A stretch of DNA of 64,000 nt from Pirellulales bacterium (GTDB lineage Bacteria; Planctomycetota; Planctomycetia; Pirellulales; PALSA-1355): NCBI GenBank assembly GCA_963733035.1, contig CAVTBU010000006.1, forward strand, positions 320,001 to 384,000. Reading direction: 5' to 3'. Both the position numbers and the translations under genes were made by a program. The notes under the pieces were generated by a model, which was not told the DNA's origin, made no database searches, and saw only the letters and a list, made by a program, of their open reading frames with translations. Positions 19,897-30,998 of the stretch are shown here, piece after piece. Every line of letters begins with the position of its first letter. The stretch's first letter is position 1.

Positions 19897-20086
19897 CAGG
19901 TCGCGGATTCAATTTCAAATGTCGGACGACCGGCGGAGGGCAACCCAAACGTCGGCGACCTATTTTTTGTTGCTTGCGGCGCATGAGATGCTTACGATCC
20001 AAAGTGTACCAGCGGCGCGGCGTTGTTGCACTTCTTGATAACGCCCGTCCAACGCCGCGAACCGGGTGTCAGCCAATCTCGACGTC

Positions 20087-22692
20087 ATGACGACCATTGC
20101 CGAATCCTTGCAGAAGGCGTTCGAGCTACATCGCTCGGGGCGCCTCGACGAGGCCGAGCGGATGTACCGCCAGGTGCTCGCCACCGAACCCCAGAATCCG
20201 CACGCCATTCACCTGCTTGGCGTGGCCGCACACCAGCGCGGCGATCATGCGCAAGCAGCGCAGTACATCGAGCGAGCCATCGGACTCGATCCGAACCGTT
20301 TCACGTTCTATCTGGACCTGGCGACGGTGTATATTGCCTTGCGACGCATGGATCAGGCCGTGGTCGCCATGCGCACCGTGACGCAGTTGCAACCCAACTA
20401 CGCCAAGGCACACAACGATCTGGGCGTCCTGTTGGCAAACCTCTGCCGCTGGGACGAGGCGGCTACCTGTTTTCGCAATGTCCTGGCGATTCAGCCGGAT
20501 TACGGTCCGGCGCACAACAATCTGGGAAATGTGCGGAATCAGCAGGGTCGCGCGGAGGAGGCGGCCGAGTGTTTTCGGGCCGCAATCCGCCACAAGCCCG
20601 ACCTGGTGCAGGCTTACAGCAACCTTGGAAACACGCTCAAGACGCTCGGCCATGCCGACGCGGCAATCGACCAGTATCGGCGCGCGATCGAGATCTCTCC
20701 GGAGTATGTTGAGACCTACTTCAATTTGGCAATCACGCTCAAAGAGCAAGGACAGATCGACGAAGCGCTGGCCACCTATCGCGAGGCGCTTCGCATCCGC
20801 CCGAACTTTTTTGAGGCCCGCTTCAACCTCGGCAATTTGTTCAAAACCGAAGGGTTGCTTCCCGAAGCGCGCGAGGCATTTGAAATCGTAATTGGCCAGC
20901 GCCCCGATTTTGCCGAGGCCCATCATCAACTGGCGGGAGTGTTGCGGGCACAAGGGGAATCAACCCGGGCCGAGGCCGAGTTTCGCGAAGCGATTCGGCT
21001 CAAGCCGACTTTCGTCGAACCGCACGTGGCGCTGGCCAACCTGCTGCGAGATCAGGGGGCGATTGACGCGGCCATTGGCAGTTACCAGGAGGCCTTGCGG
21101 CAGCAACCCAATTCACTCGAGGCGCTCAATAATCTGGCCGTCGCGTTTCGCAACTGCGGAAGGCTCTCCGAAGCGGCCGCGAATTGCGAGCGCGTGCTTG
21201 CGCTCGATCCCGCGTGCGCCGAGGCACACTGCAACCTCGGGCTCGTGCTACAGGATCAGGGCCGTTCGGATGAGGCGCTGCCCTCGCTGCGCGAGGCCGT
21301 CCGCTTGCGACCCGATTTGGCCGCCGCGCACAATGCCCTGGGAGTGGCGCTCGAAAGCCAAGGTTTGCACGACGAAGCGCTGGTCAGCTTTCGCGAGTCG
21401 GTTCGCTTGGCCCCGCAGTTCGCGTCCGCATATAACAATCTGGGCAGCACGCTCAAGTCACTGGGTAAGGTGCGTGAGGCGATCGTGTGCTTTGAAGAGG
21501 CGCTCCGCTTAAACGCGCACCTGGCCGAAGCCCACAATGGACTCGGAACGGCCCTGTTCGAAAGTCAGCAGCAAGAAGAAGCCATTGCCGCATTTGAGCG
21601 GGCGCTGGAGCTTAAGCCCAACTATGCCGAGGCACATGGTAACATCGGGCGACTGTTGGGTGAACAGGGCAAGCACGCCGAAGCTCTGGAGCGCTTCAAT
21701 CAAGCTGCCGTCGCGGACCCCGATTCAGCTTCGGCACGTCACAATCGCGCGCTGATGTGGCTGCTGATGGGAAATTTTGCCGAAGGCTGGCCGGAGTACG
21801 AATGGCGATGGCATCAGGCAAACGTTCGCAAACGCCCGACTGGCGAAGAGTGGAACGGCGAGCCACTTGCCGGCCGAACGATCCTGCTTTACCCCGAGCA
21901 AGGTCTCGGCGATACGTTGCAGTTCATTCGCTATGCTCCGCTGGTGAAACAACGGGGCGGATCCGTGGTCGTCGGCTGCTCGCAGAACATGATTCCGTTG
22001 CTCTCCTCGTGCGGGGGCATCGACCGACTGTACAGCGAAGCCGATCGGCCGCCGACGTATGATGTCCACGCTCCGCTTTTGAGTTTGCCGAGAATCTTTG
22101 GCACAGACCTGGCAACCATTCCCGCCGACGTCCCCTACCTGTTTGCGCCGAGGAATTGGTGGAACGTTGGCGCGAGCGGTTCGCCGGTGAGCAAAGACTG
22201 AAAGTCGGTATCCAATGGCAGGGCAGCCCGACGTTCGCCTTCGACCGGCAGCGATCGATTCCGCTTGCGGAGTTCGCGCCTCTGGCCGGGATCGAGGGCG
22301 TGCGCCTAATGAGTTTGCAAAAGGGGTTCGGGAGCGAACAGCTGGCCGGTATCGAATGGCAGGTTGAGGACCTGGGGGCGACCCTCGATCTGGACGGCCG
22401 CGCGTTTTGCGAAACGGCCGCGGTCATGATGAACCTCGACCTGGTGATCACCTCGGACACCTCGATCGCACACCTGGCTGGTGCCTTGGGGGTGCCGGTT
22501 TGGGTAGCCTTGCAATTTGTCCCCGATTGGCGGTGGTTGCTGGAACGCGAGGATAGCCCCTGGTATCCTACGATGCGCCTGTTCCGCCAATCGCGGCCTG
22601 GCGACTGGAACGGCGTGTTTGCGCGGATCTGTACGGAGCTTTCGAAGTGGGCCGCGGGGCGGGCCAAACCGCACGACACGCATCGGGTGTAA
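20087..22692 (+). CDS. TPR-repeat protein with C-terminal GT9-like domain; 1-nt frameshift near 22148-22149
   Basis: TPRs plus EQGLGDTLQFIRY. The second ORF carries KVGIQWQGSP, DLVITSDTSIAHLAGALG and SPWYPT. An added C restores FAPEELVERW. Confidence 0.85.
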
Positions 22693-22732
22693 ACGCCTTT
22701 CCGTTCGGCAATCAGCATAAGGTTTCGCTGGC

Positions 22733-23200
22733 ATGGTCGAGTCCACGCAAGTTACAGGGCGCCGCAAGCTCCACTTCGACAGCTACGACGAGCTGCTCGC
22801 CGACGTTCACCAGTTGAACGGTCAGCCTACGCGCTACCTGGGCAATTGGTCGTTGGGGCAAGTGTGCGAGCATCTGGCCAAGGCGATCGAATACGCCGTC
22901 GACGGTGCACCATTCAAGGTATCCTGGTTCTTTCGAACCGTGGGGCCAATCCTGAAGAAACGCATCATCAGTCGGCCGATGAAACCGGGCTTTCGCCTGC
23001 CGAAAAGTGCCGCCGAATACTTGCCGCGAAATTCCGATGCCGCCGCCGGCATCGCGCGACTGGAGCAGGCGATCGAGCGCTATCGAAAAGCGGCCGCCGT
23101 CAAGCCACATGTCATCTTTGGTAACATGACACGCGAAGAGTACGATCAACTCAACTTCCGGCATGCGGAGATGCATTTGAGCTTCATCGTGCCCGAGTAG
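22733..23200 (+). CDS. DUF1569-like (DinB superfamily) protein
   Basis: GNWSLGQVCEHLA, PHVIFG and RHAEMHLSF His pattern. Confidence 0.75.
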   Translation: MVESTQVTGRRKLHFDSYDELLADVHQLNGQPTRYLGNWSLGQVCEHLAKAIEYAVDGAPFKVSWFFRTVGPILKKRIISRPMKPGFRLPKSAAEYLPRNSDAAAGIARLEQAIERYRKAAAVKPHVIFGNMTREEYDQLNFRHAEMHLSFIVPE

Positions 23201-23554
23201 CATTCCTGCGTCATGTGCTAGCGACACCAGCCACGTGTGGGGTTTTGTCGCCTGCCGAGCGTTGCCGCCTCGCGCAAACCGCGGCGCGGAAAGTCGCTTT
23301 GCCTGCCAGAGCAGGCAAAATTCTCGCGGAAAACGGCTGCGTCGGAGATTTTACGCGGTTTTTACACGGCCCCGACTTGCCCGTGACATCGAAATTGGTG
23401 TTCGTCTCTAGAATCGGTCGAGTGAAAGCAGGAGCGGAGTTGGTTCTTAAGAGCCGCCCCTGTCAGGAGTGCGGCGGGCACAACGAGATTCGTTGACGCT
23501 GCGGATGAACATGCGTTTTCAGCAGACGAACACCAACAGGGGAGTGCAGGGCGA

Positions 23555-24553
23555 ATGGCTACCGACTTGAGAGGGAACGACGTGCGGGAAAACGTGCGGG
23601 AAAACGACGAGGCCGACTCCTTCTGGTATGAGGACGAGGGGAGTGTGGCCGTCGCGGGGCTTCCGGTCCGCTCGCGGAAGCAACAGGATGATTTAAAGAC
23701 GATCGCCGACGTGCCCAACCTCGGTTACGATTGGCCCATCGTGGCTTGGATTGTGATCGTGCACTTGGGAGCCTTGGCGGCTCCGTTCTTTTTCACCTGG
23801 AAGGCCGTTGCGCTGTGCGCGTTCATGTGCTGGCTGACGGGTTCAATCGGCGTGTGCATGGGCTATCACCGACAACTAACCCACGGCAGTTTCCTCACCT
23901 ACAAGCCGGTCCGCTGGCTGCTGGCGTTTTTGGGCGGACTGTCGGGCGAAGGTTCGGCCCTGACCTGGGTGGCTAATCATCGCAAGCACCATTTGTTTAG
24001 CGACAAGGAAGGCGATCCGCACAGTCCGCGCAACGGCAAGTGGTGGAGCCACATGCTGTGGTTCATGCCCGACTTCGGTCGCAAGCATCACCAGGCGATG
24101 CTGGCCCGCTATGCTCCGGATCTGGCCAAGGATCCGATGATGCACTTCTTGCACAAGATGTTCCTGCCGTCGCACGTCATTTTGGGTGCGATCTTTTTCG
24201 CCATCGGCTACTTTGGCTGGAACGCATACACGGGCTGGTCATTCGTGGTCTGGGGAATGTTCGTTCGCCTGGTCTATGTGCTGCACGTCACCTGGTTCGT
24301 CAATTCGGCGACGCATTTGTGGGGCTATCGCAACTACGAAACCAGCGACGATAGCAAAAATCTGTGGTGGGTCGGTATCCTGGCCTTCGGCGAAGGCTGG
24401 CACAACAACCATCACGCCTTCCAGCGGATGGCCAAGGCAGGGCACAAGTGGTGGGAGATCGACACCACCTACTGGGCCATTCTGGGCCTGGAGAAGCTCG
24501 GCTTGGCCTGGAACGTCGTCAAAGACCCGCCGAGCCACCGCCGCCCGGCGTAA
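23555..24553 (+). CDS. Membrane-bound fatty acid desaturase (delta-9 / Ole1-DesC type)
   Basis: His boxes YHRQLTH, NHRKHH and GEGWHNNHH, plus NSATH and TM segments. Confidence 0.93.
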   Translation: MATDLRGNDVRENVRENDEADSFWYEDEGSVAVAGLPVRSRKQQDDLKTIADVPNLGYDWPIVAWIVIVHLGALAAPFFFTWKAVALCAFMCWLTGSIGVCMGYHRQLTHGSFLTYKPVRWLLAFLGGLSGEGSALTWVANHRKHHLFSDKEGDPHSPRNGKWWSHMLWFMPDFGRKHHQAMLARYAPDLAKDPMMHFLHKMFLPSHVILGAIFFAIGYFGWNAYTGWSFVVWGMFVRLVYVLHVTWFVNSATHLWGYRNYETSDDSKNLWWVGILAFGEGWHNNHHAFQRMAKAGHKWWEIDTTYWAILGLEKLGLAWNVVKDPPSHRRPA

Positions 24554-24715
24554 CCTGGTCCGATTTGCATCGAATCGCCGCTCCGCCCGCGGGTGGCACC
24601 TCGTTGTCGGTGTTGCAAAGCACCGGAGGCATCGTCAGCGATCCCATCTCAACTGGGCCCAATACGGCAATCCTTTACCCGCCGGCCAGAACTTGGCAAA
24701 CGTCGACCGCCGCAG

Positions 24716-24966
24716 TTACTCGGGCGCGAAGATCTTGCCATTTCGATATTGAGATTTTGCGTCGTGGGCGTCTACCCCGCGTGACAAAGGGTGATCGGCA
24801 TTTTCATGAACAACGAAGGTGGCCGGATCAGCGCCCTCAACGACAGCTAGCTTGTCATAGTAGTGACGACTGTACACGTGGCTGCGATCTTTTCCGTAGT
24901 AGTCGCTAAGCACCTCGAAACTAGCCACATCAATTCCTGAAACGGCTTTTCGGCCGTAATAGAAGG
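24716..24966 (-). pseudogene. 3' remnant of a DKNYY-like repeat protein, truncated by the IS3 remnant
   Basis: GIDVASFEVL..YGKDRSHVY and EGADPATFVV..DAHDAKSQYRNG repeats, with no start of its own. Confidence 0.6.
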
Positions 24967-25287
24967 CAGCCGGCGGTTCTCGTCTTCCAGCTCCTTGGGC
25001 CGCTTCAGCCGCGCGTTCTCCTTCTGCAACTCCTGCAGCTGACGCGCCATCTGTGGGTCCATCCCGCCGTACTTCGTTCGCCAACGATAGTACGTCTGCT
25101 CGCTGATCCCCAGCTGCTTGCAGACCTCGGGAACCTTCTCACCCTTCCCCAAGGCCACATCCGCTTGACGCAGCAGCCCTACGATCTGTTCGGCACTATG
25201 TCGCTTCTTCATGGTGAATCCTTTCCGGCCATATCAGCCGGCTGGATTCTCTCATATTCCCTGGATCAGTTTTCGGGAAGGGGGTCA
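24967..25287 (-). mobile_element. IS3-family (IS407-like) remnant: left end plus truncated orfA, no orfB
   Basis: OrfA HTH KQLGISEQTYYRWRTKYGGM and ENARLK (ATG 25212). Left end TGACCCCCTTCCCGAAAACTGATCCAG at 25287. Confidence 0.85.
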
Positions 25288-25441
25288 ATGCCCCCGCGGA
25301 CATCACCTAAAGTCGCGGACTCGACCTTCTCTGTCAAATTTTTGACTTGCGAAACGGCAGGCACCTGTTCTTTGACAATTCGACGACCGCGGCTCTGTCG
25401 TGTGGCCGTCCTATTTCGACAACGACCTGTGGTAACAGAAT

Positions 25442-25900
25442 TCAGTTTTCGGTCACGGACTTATGCTCTAGAGATCGCCGCCTCTTCGAAGGTGGATATG
25501 GACCACTGCCGCGCCATAGCCCACTGACTCTGTATCCAGTCTCCGCCGTACCCGCCATCGTAAATCGATAGTAGAATTGTTCCGAATTGTTTTCGCCAAC
25601 TAGAAAGATATTCATCGCCCGTTGGCCGGGAATCGGCTCGAACTCGGTCGCGACGACTGCGTCCGGATAGCCCGTCGGATGCATCTTGCCTACTATCTCC
25701 TTCAACTTCATTTCTGAACCAAAGCTTTGCCCCACCAACTTCAAGAGTGCATTCTGAAAGTCATGTTTCACAAACGCCAAGAAAGCAAACTTTTCGGCCT
25801 CTTTGCCAGCCGCATCTGGTGAATGCTTAAATGCCCGCACACCGAGCGAGCATGACTGGGATACAACAACGAGCACCAACAGCAAAAACCTTAATTTCAT
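25442..25900 (-). CDS. Hypothetical secreted protein or lipoprotein, lower GC, between IS remnants
   Basis: MKLRFLLLVLVVVSQSC signal segment; visibly more AT-rich than flanking genes. Confidence 0.6.
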   Translation of the reverse strand: MKLRFLLLVLVVVSQSCSLGVRAFKHSPDAAGKEAEKFAFLAFVKHDFQNALLKLVGQSFGSEMKLKEIVGKMHPTGYPDAVVATEFEPIPGQRAMNIFLVGENNSEQFYYRFTMAGTAETGYRVSGLWRGSGPYPPSKRRRSLEHKSVTEN

Positions 25901-26055
25901 ATCTGCACCCCAAAAAAGCAAGCTGCGCCTGACCGTTTGCGGCGCAGCCGGCAAAAAGTGAACGCGAGAGAGACCGAAGCTACGTTTCGAAGTGATCCCA
26001 AGGGGCGTCTTCGTACACTTTGCCGTGTCCAGCTCGAACATCCAATTAATATAGC

Positions 26056-26370
26056 GGCGCCGTCAACTCTCAATTGCAACAAGCGGCTGGAAAACTTCGG
26101 CGGGCGTTGGTAGGCGAGCCGTTTCCGCGGCCGGTCGTTGATCAAGTGAGTATAACGTTCCAACTCCTGCCAGGAGACATCTTGTAGGTCGGTGCCTTTG
26201 GGGACGAACTGCCGCAACAGGCCATTGGTATGTTCGTTGGTACCCCGTTGCCAGGAACAATAAGGCTTTGCAAAGTACACTTTCAGCCTCGGCCGCACAG
26301 CCAACCGGCGATGTTCCGCGAACTCTTTGCCGTTGTCGAAATTAGCCGTGCGACGCAACGACGCAGGCAA
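26056..26370 (-). mobile_element. IS30-family remnant: C-terminal transposase fragment plus right inverted repeat
   Basis: DNGKEFA, YFAKPYCSWQRGTNEHTNGLLRQF and NDRPRKRL, frameshifted into TPAEVF..VAIES. End GGCGCCGTCAACTCTCAATTGCAAC (26056-26080) resembles IS30-family IRs. Confidence 0.88.
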
Positions 26371-27161
26371 CGAGTAATTAAAGGGGACGTGAACCTTTTT
26401 ATATCCGTCGGGTCACGATACGAATCGCTAGGCCGGTCTGGATCCGTTGGGCCGGGTGATCGGCTGCTGTGGCAGAACTGCAGCGGCACGGCCGCCAGGC
26501 GTCTTCAGGACGGGTACCCGACTTGCACTCTAACGCATTCGCTCCCTGGACGGTGGCTTTGATCGTTTCGACGGCCGTAACTTTTCTCGCCGGTGCGTCG
26601 CATCTCTCTCGCATTTTTCCTGCCGTGCGTCGCGATGTAAGCCTCTTTGCGACTTTGCCTCTTTCAATCGGGCCAGCGGTTGGGCTAGCCTACGGTTGGC
26701 AAATTCTGCACAGGGGCCGCGCGGGAGGCGTCATGGTTCATACCGGGCAAATTACGAAAGCTGCGTCATATGACATGTGTCATTTTTCAGGTTACAAAAG
26801 GCGAAAGGAAAAGTGCGCACAACTTTCAGCCCGAAAAAAGGCCACTCGAAAACTTTGCGAATTCCGAACCGGGCCAACGGGCCGCCGAGCGGGCCCGTCG
26901 GCGATCGACTTGGCGGGTGGTCGAGACGCCGAAAAATGTCGCGCCCCACGCGTTTGCCATACAGCGTTCGCGGTGTGCTTGAATTCGAGCCAGCACTCGC
27001 CGCATACTTGCCGAGTGGCACGGCCACTTCCCGTTTGCTCCTCCGCGGCCGCGAACCGAAGCTCCCCCCACCTCGGCAGAGCTCACGCGGAGGGCTGGGC
27101 ACGTGCCGCACAATCGCCCCTCACCCGCGAGAATGCGAGAAATTCCGGCTCCTTTTTGCGC

Positions 27162-27189
27162 TTGCAAGAGCCCCTGGCATTGGTAAGAT
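27162..27189 (+). promoter_or_regulatory. Sigma70-type promoter for rpsO
   Basis: TTGCAA, 16 nt, TAAGAT with extended TG (TGGTAAGAT). Confidence 0.55.
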
Positions 27190-27321
27190 GACTCTCTTAA
27201 GTTTGTTTTGGTAAACCCGTTCAGAAGTAGGACAAGTTCAAGCCAGCTGGCAGTTTCGGTGCTTAGTTAGTCCACGGGAAGCACTTGGGAACGAGCCAAC
27301 GTAGAGAAGTCGCGGTTGCAG

Positions 27322-27591
27322 ATGTCCCTCACGAAAGAGCGTAAACAGGTTTTGATGGGCGATTACAAGCGTTCCGATGGCGACACCGGGTCGCCGGAGG
27401 TGCAGATCGCCATTCTAACGACCCGGGTTGGCGATCTGACGGAACACCTGCGAACGCACAAAAAGGATTACGCCAGTCGGCGGGGCCTGTTGATGATGGT
27501 GAGTCGCCGGCGTCGATTGTTGGATTACCTCAAGAAGGTCGATCCGCAACGATACCTGGATGTCATTCGTCGCCTCGAGATTCGCAAATAG
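27322..27591 (+). CDS. rpsO: 30S ribosomal protein S15
   Basis: [38 protein letters not shown]. Confidence 0.98.
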   Translation: MSLTKERKQVLMGDYKRSDGDTGSPEVQIAILTTRVGDLTEHLRTHKKDYASRRGLLMMVSRRRRLLDYLKKVDPQRYLDVIRRLEIRK

Positions 27592-27929
27592 CGCGATTCG
27601 CAGGCAATCACGGCGCGTGCGGGGGGAATTTCCATACGCCCCTCGCTTGGTAGCCAGTTGCGGTTTCAGGCCCGCACCCTCGGACGTAACCCGCGCGCAC
27701 GAAAACTTCCCTTGCCCGGGCCACCTTGGCTGATCCGGCGGCGGGCAATTTCGAAGTTCACGCGGCGCACCGAGATTCATCTTCTCGCGTCGAGCTCCGT
27801 TGGTCCCGCAAGCTCATCTCGTCGTTCCAACAAACCGTTTCTTGCCCCCGATCGCTTCGCAGCATCCGCCCGGACGCCGCAATTGCGCCAGCCTGTTGCT
27901 TGAACGCAAAGAAGGTAAGGGACGAACAA

Positions 27930-30044
27930 GTGAAAGTTAGAGTAGAACGACAAATTGGCGGCGGCGTATTTTCAATCGAGACCGGCCAACTGGCCAAGCA
28001 AGCGGCCGGCAGCGTGCTGGTGCAGTATGGCGAAACGGTCGTGCTGTGCGCTGCGGCCGACGGCCCCCCGCGATCTGCCTTCGCGGACTTCTTCCCACTA
28101 ACGTGCGACTACCGCGAACGAACCGCCGCGGCCGGCAAGTTTCCCGGTGGCTTCCTGAAGCGTGAAGGACGCCCCACGATGAAGGAAACGCTAACCGCCC
28201 GGCTCATGGATCGGCCGATTCGGCCGATGTTCCCCGCGTGGTACCACGACGAGGTGCAGATTCAAGCCTTTGTGATGGCCAGCGATCGGCAGAATGATGG
28301 CGACGTGTTGGCGATGAACGCCGCGAGTGCCGCCCTGACTGTCTCGCCGTTGCCGTTTGACGGCCCGCTGGGCTCGGTCCGCCTCGGCCAGATCGATGGC
28401 AAGTTCGTACCGTTCCCCACGGTCGACCAGTTGGAGGAGAGTGACCTCGACATCATCGTTTCGGGCACCAAAGACGCGATCTTGATGATCGAAGGGTTTG
28501 CCCGCGAGATGCCCGAGGAGCGGATGCTCGAGGCGTTGGAAGAATCGCATAAATACGTCCGCGAGATTTGTGAGCTGCAACTGGAGTTGGCCGCGAAAGT
28601 CAACGTTGAGAAGCGACAGTACGAGGTCCCGCCTGACTCGGGTCTATTGGCCAAGCTCAACGCCAGCTATTACGACGCCTTCCGAACCGCGAAGCAAACC
28701 TCGGGTAAGCAAGCCCGGGCCGAGGCGGTTGAGGCCCTGAAGTCGCGGGCCACGGAAGAAATGATTCCCGATCCGGCGGCTGAAGACGCGATCGCGTCGC
28801 ATGATTTCTCGAAGGCGTGGCACGATTTGGAGGAGAAAGTCGTCCGCGATCTGATCCTGTCTGGCACCCGGCCCGACGGACGCGATACGAAGACCTTGCG
28901 GCCGATCGAGTGCTACGTGGACGTCTTGCCTCGCGTTCACGGCTCGGCCGTGTTCCAGCGCGGCGAGACACAAGCTTTGATCACGATTACGCTGGGTACC
29001 GGCCGTGACGAGCAACGCGTGGACGGATTGATCGACGAATACTCCAAGAAGTTCATGCTCGACTACAACTTCCCGTCGTTTTCGGTGGGCGAAGTGCGGC
29101 CGATTCGCGGGCCGGGCCGACGTGAGATTGGTCACGGGGCGCTGGCCGAGCGAAGCGTCAAGCCGATCCTGCCCGATCCGGAGGATTTTCCCTACACGAT
29201 CCGCGTCATCTCGGACATTCTGGAATCGAACGGCTCCAGTTCGATGGCCTCGGTATGCGGGGCGACGCTTGGACTGATGGCCGCCGGAGTGCCGATTACC
29301 AATCCGGTGGCAGGCATTTCCGTCGGTCTAGTGAAGGAAGAAGGCAAATGGACGCTCCTCACGGACATTCTCGGCGACGAAGACCACTTCGGCGACATGG
29401 ACTTCAAAATCTCTGGCACTCAGAACGGCATCACCGGCATTCAGCTTGACCTGAAGATCAAGGGGATCGACGCCGAGATCATCAAGGCCACGCTGGCCCA
29501 AAGCCGCGATGCCCGCATCGAGATCCTCCGCAAGATGCTCACCGCCATTCCGCGGCCGAAGGCCGAGATCTCGCCATTTGCTCCGCGGTTGCTGCGGACG
29601 CACATTCCGCCGGACAAGATCGGTGCCCTCATCGGCCCGGGCGGCAAGAATATCCGCGGAATTCAAGAATCGACCGGTGCGGTCATCGAAGTGGAAGACG
29701 ATGGAACGGTGACGATCGCCAGCTCCAACGCCGAGGGCGCGCAAATGGCCTTGGGTAAAGTCGAGGCCCTGACCGCCACCGTGCAAGTCGGTCGCATCTA
29801 CTACGGCCGTGTGACGAGCATCAAGGACTTCGGCGCGTTCGTCGAAATCATTCCCGGCAAAGATGGTCTATGCCACATCAGCGAGTTGGCGGATGGCTAT
29901 GTCAACAGCGTGGCCGACGTCTGCAGCGTTGGTGACGAAATGACGGTCAAGGTAATCGCCGTTGATGAACAAGATCGGGTCAAGCTCAGCCGCAAGCAAG
30001 CCATGCGTGAGCTCGAAGGCGAGCCGGAAGGCAGCGAGGCCTAA
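27930..30044 (+). CDS. pnp: Polyribonucleotide nucleotidyltransferase (PNPase)
   Basis: [50 protein letters not shown], plus KH and S1 domains. GTG start after AAGGGA. Confidence 0.98.
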   Translation: MKVRVERQIGGGVFSIETGQLAKQAAGSVLVQYGETVVLCAAADGPPRSAFADFFPLTCDYRERTAAAGKFPGGFLKREGRPTMKETLTARLMDRPIRPMFPAWYHDEVQIQAFVMASDRQNDGDVLAMNAASAALTVSPLPFDGPLGSVRLGQIDGKFVPFPTVDQLEESDLDIIVSGTKDAILMIEGFAREMPEERMLEALEESHKYVREICELQLELAAKVNVEKRQYEVPPDSGLLAKLNASYYDAFRTAKQTSGKQARAEAVEALKSRATEEMIPDPAAEDAIASHDFSKAWHDLEEKVVRDLILSGTRPDGRDTKTLRPIECYVDVLPRVHGSAVFQRGETQALITITLGTGRDEQRVDGLIDEYSKKFMLDYNFPSFSVGEVRPIRGPGRREIGHGALAERSVKPILPDPEDFPYTIRVISDILESNGSSSMASVCGATLGLMAAGVPITNPVAGISVGLVKEEGKWTLLTDILGDEDHFGDMDFKISGTQNGITGIQLDLKIKGIDAEIIKATLAQSRDARIEILRKMLTAIPRPKAEISPFAPRLLRTHIPPDKIGALIGPGGKNIRGIQESTGAVIEVEDDGTVTIASSNAEGAQMALGKVEALTATVQVGRIYYGRVTSIKDFGAFVEIIPGKDGLCHISELADGYVNSVADVCSVGDEMTVKVIAVDEQDRVKLSRKQAMRELEGEPEGSEA

Positions 30045-30075
30045 TCCGCAGCCTTTGTCTCCGTCGACACTCCTT

Positions 30076-30113
30076 CGCCCCTGGGTTGTCCGCAGCCCGG
30101 GGGCGTTTTGTTT
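30076..30113 (+). terminator. Intrinsic terminator after pnp
   Basis: CGCCCCTGGGTTG / CAGCCCGGGGGCG stem followed by TTTTGTTT. Confidence 0.75.
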
Positions 30114-30201
30114 CCTTTCGTCTTTGGGTTGATAAAATGTTCCCCCCGGGGCAACTGGTCGCCGCAGCGGGCCGCCAACTTTGGCTTTTGGCTTGAATCA
30201 C

Positions 30202-30942
30202 ATGACACCTTCGCATCCCCCGACGGCCGAGGAAGTTAACAAGAAATTGATGGCGCAGTACACCGAGATCGCTGCGCTCGCCGGGGGGCTGGCACACGAA
30301 ATCAAGAACCCGCTGTCGACAATCGGCCTCAACATGGAACTGCTGGCCGAGGATTTTGCCGAGCCGCAAACGCCTCGCGACCGACGGGCGGCTGCCAAGA
30401 TTGCGGTCGTGCAGCAGGAGTGTCTGCGGCTGCAGGGCCTGCTCGACAATTTCCTCAACTTCGCCAAGGTGCGCACCGTGCGGTTCGAGGCCTCGGACCT
30501 CAATGAGGAAGTCCGTCGGGTCCTCGACTTTTTTGCCCCCAAGGCAGCCGAGGCAAAGATCGAAGTGATCAGCTATTTCGACCCGGAACTTCCCAGCGTG
30601 GTGCTCGACCGCGAGTCGTTTCATGGCGCGCTAATCAACCTGGTGCTCAATGCCCAACAGGCCATGCCGGAAGGAGGACAGTTGGTCGTGCGCACCAAGA
30701 TCATCTCGAGCGGCGTGGTTCTGGAACTGATCGATACGGGCGTCGGCATGGATGACAAGACGGCCGCTCAAATCTTTGATGCCTTCTTCTCAACTAAGCC
30801 TGGCGGCTCGGGGTTGGGATTGCCGACCGTCCGCAAGATCGTGGAAGCCCATGGCGGCAGGATCAGCGTTGAAAGCGAAGTTGGCCGCGGCACGAAGTTC
30901 GCCATTGAACTCCCGATACCAGCTCGGTTGACGGCGAATTGA
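30202..30942 (+). CDS. Histidine kinase (HisKA + HATPase) with no input domain
   Basis: [10 protein letters not shown]-box, NLVLNA N-box, DTGVGM, FFSTK and GSGLGL. Confidence 0.92.
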   Translation: MTPSHPPTAEEVNKKLMAQYTEIAALAGGLAHEIKNPLSTIGLNMELLAEDFAEPQTPRDRRAAAKIAVVQQECLRLQGLLDNFLNFAKVRTVRFEASDLNEEVRRVLDFFAPKAAEAKIEVISYFDPELPSVVLDRESFHGALINLVLNAQQAMPEGGQLVVRTKIISSGVVLELIDTGVGMDDKTAAQIFDAFFSTKPGGSGLGLPTVRKIVEAHGGRISVESEVGRGTKFAIELPIPARLTAN

Positions 30943-30998
30943 CGAGCTGCCAATGGCCCTGCTGGTACGCCCAACGGCCATTTTGTATCATCGGCCGG

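Noticed and set aside
23582..23605. 12-bp tandem duplication GTGCGGGAAAAC x2 in the desaturase 5' end
   Set aside because: In-frame, only two copies, in a variable N-terminal extension.
24716..25212. Programmed -1 frameshift fusing IS3 orfA to the DKNYY-like remnant
   Set aside because: The frame relation is -1, but no slippery A6G-type site is visible; probably coincidence.
27726..27929. N-terminal extension of PNPase (likewise for FtsY, RpsT, RibH, ManA) in the ORF track
   Set aside because: Homology starts at the downstream start codons; the upstream parts are open-frame artefacts.
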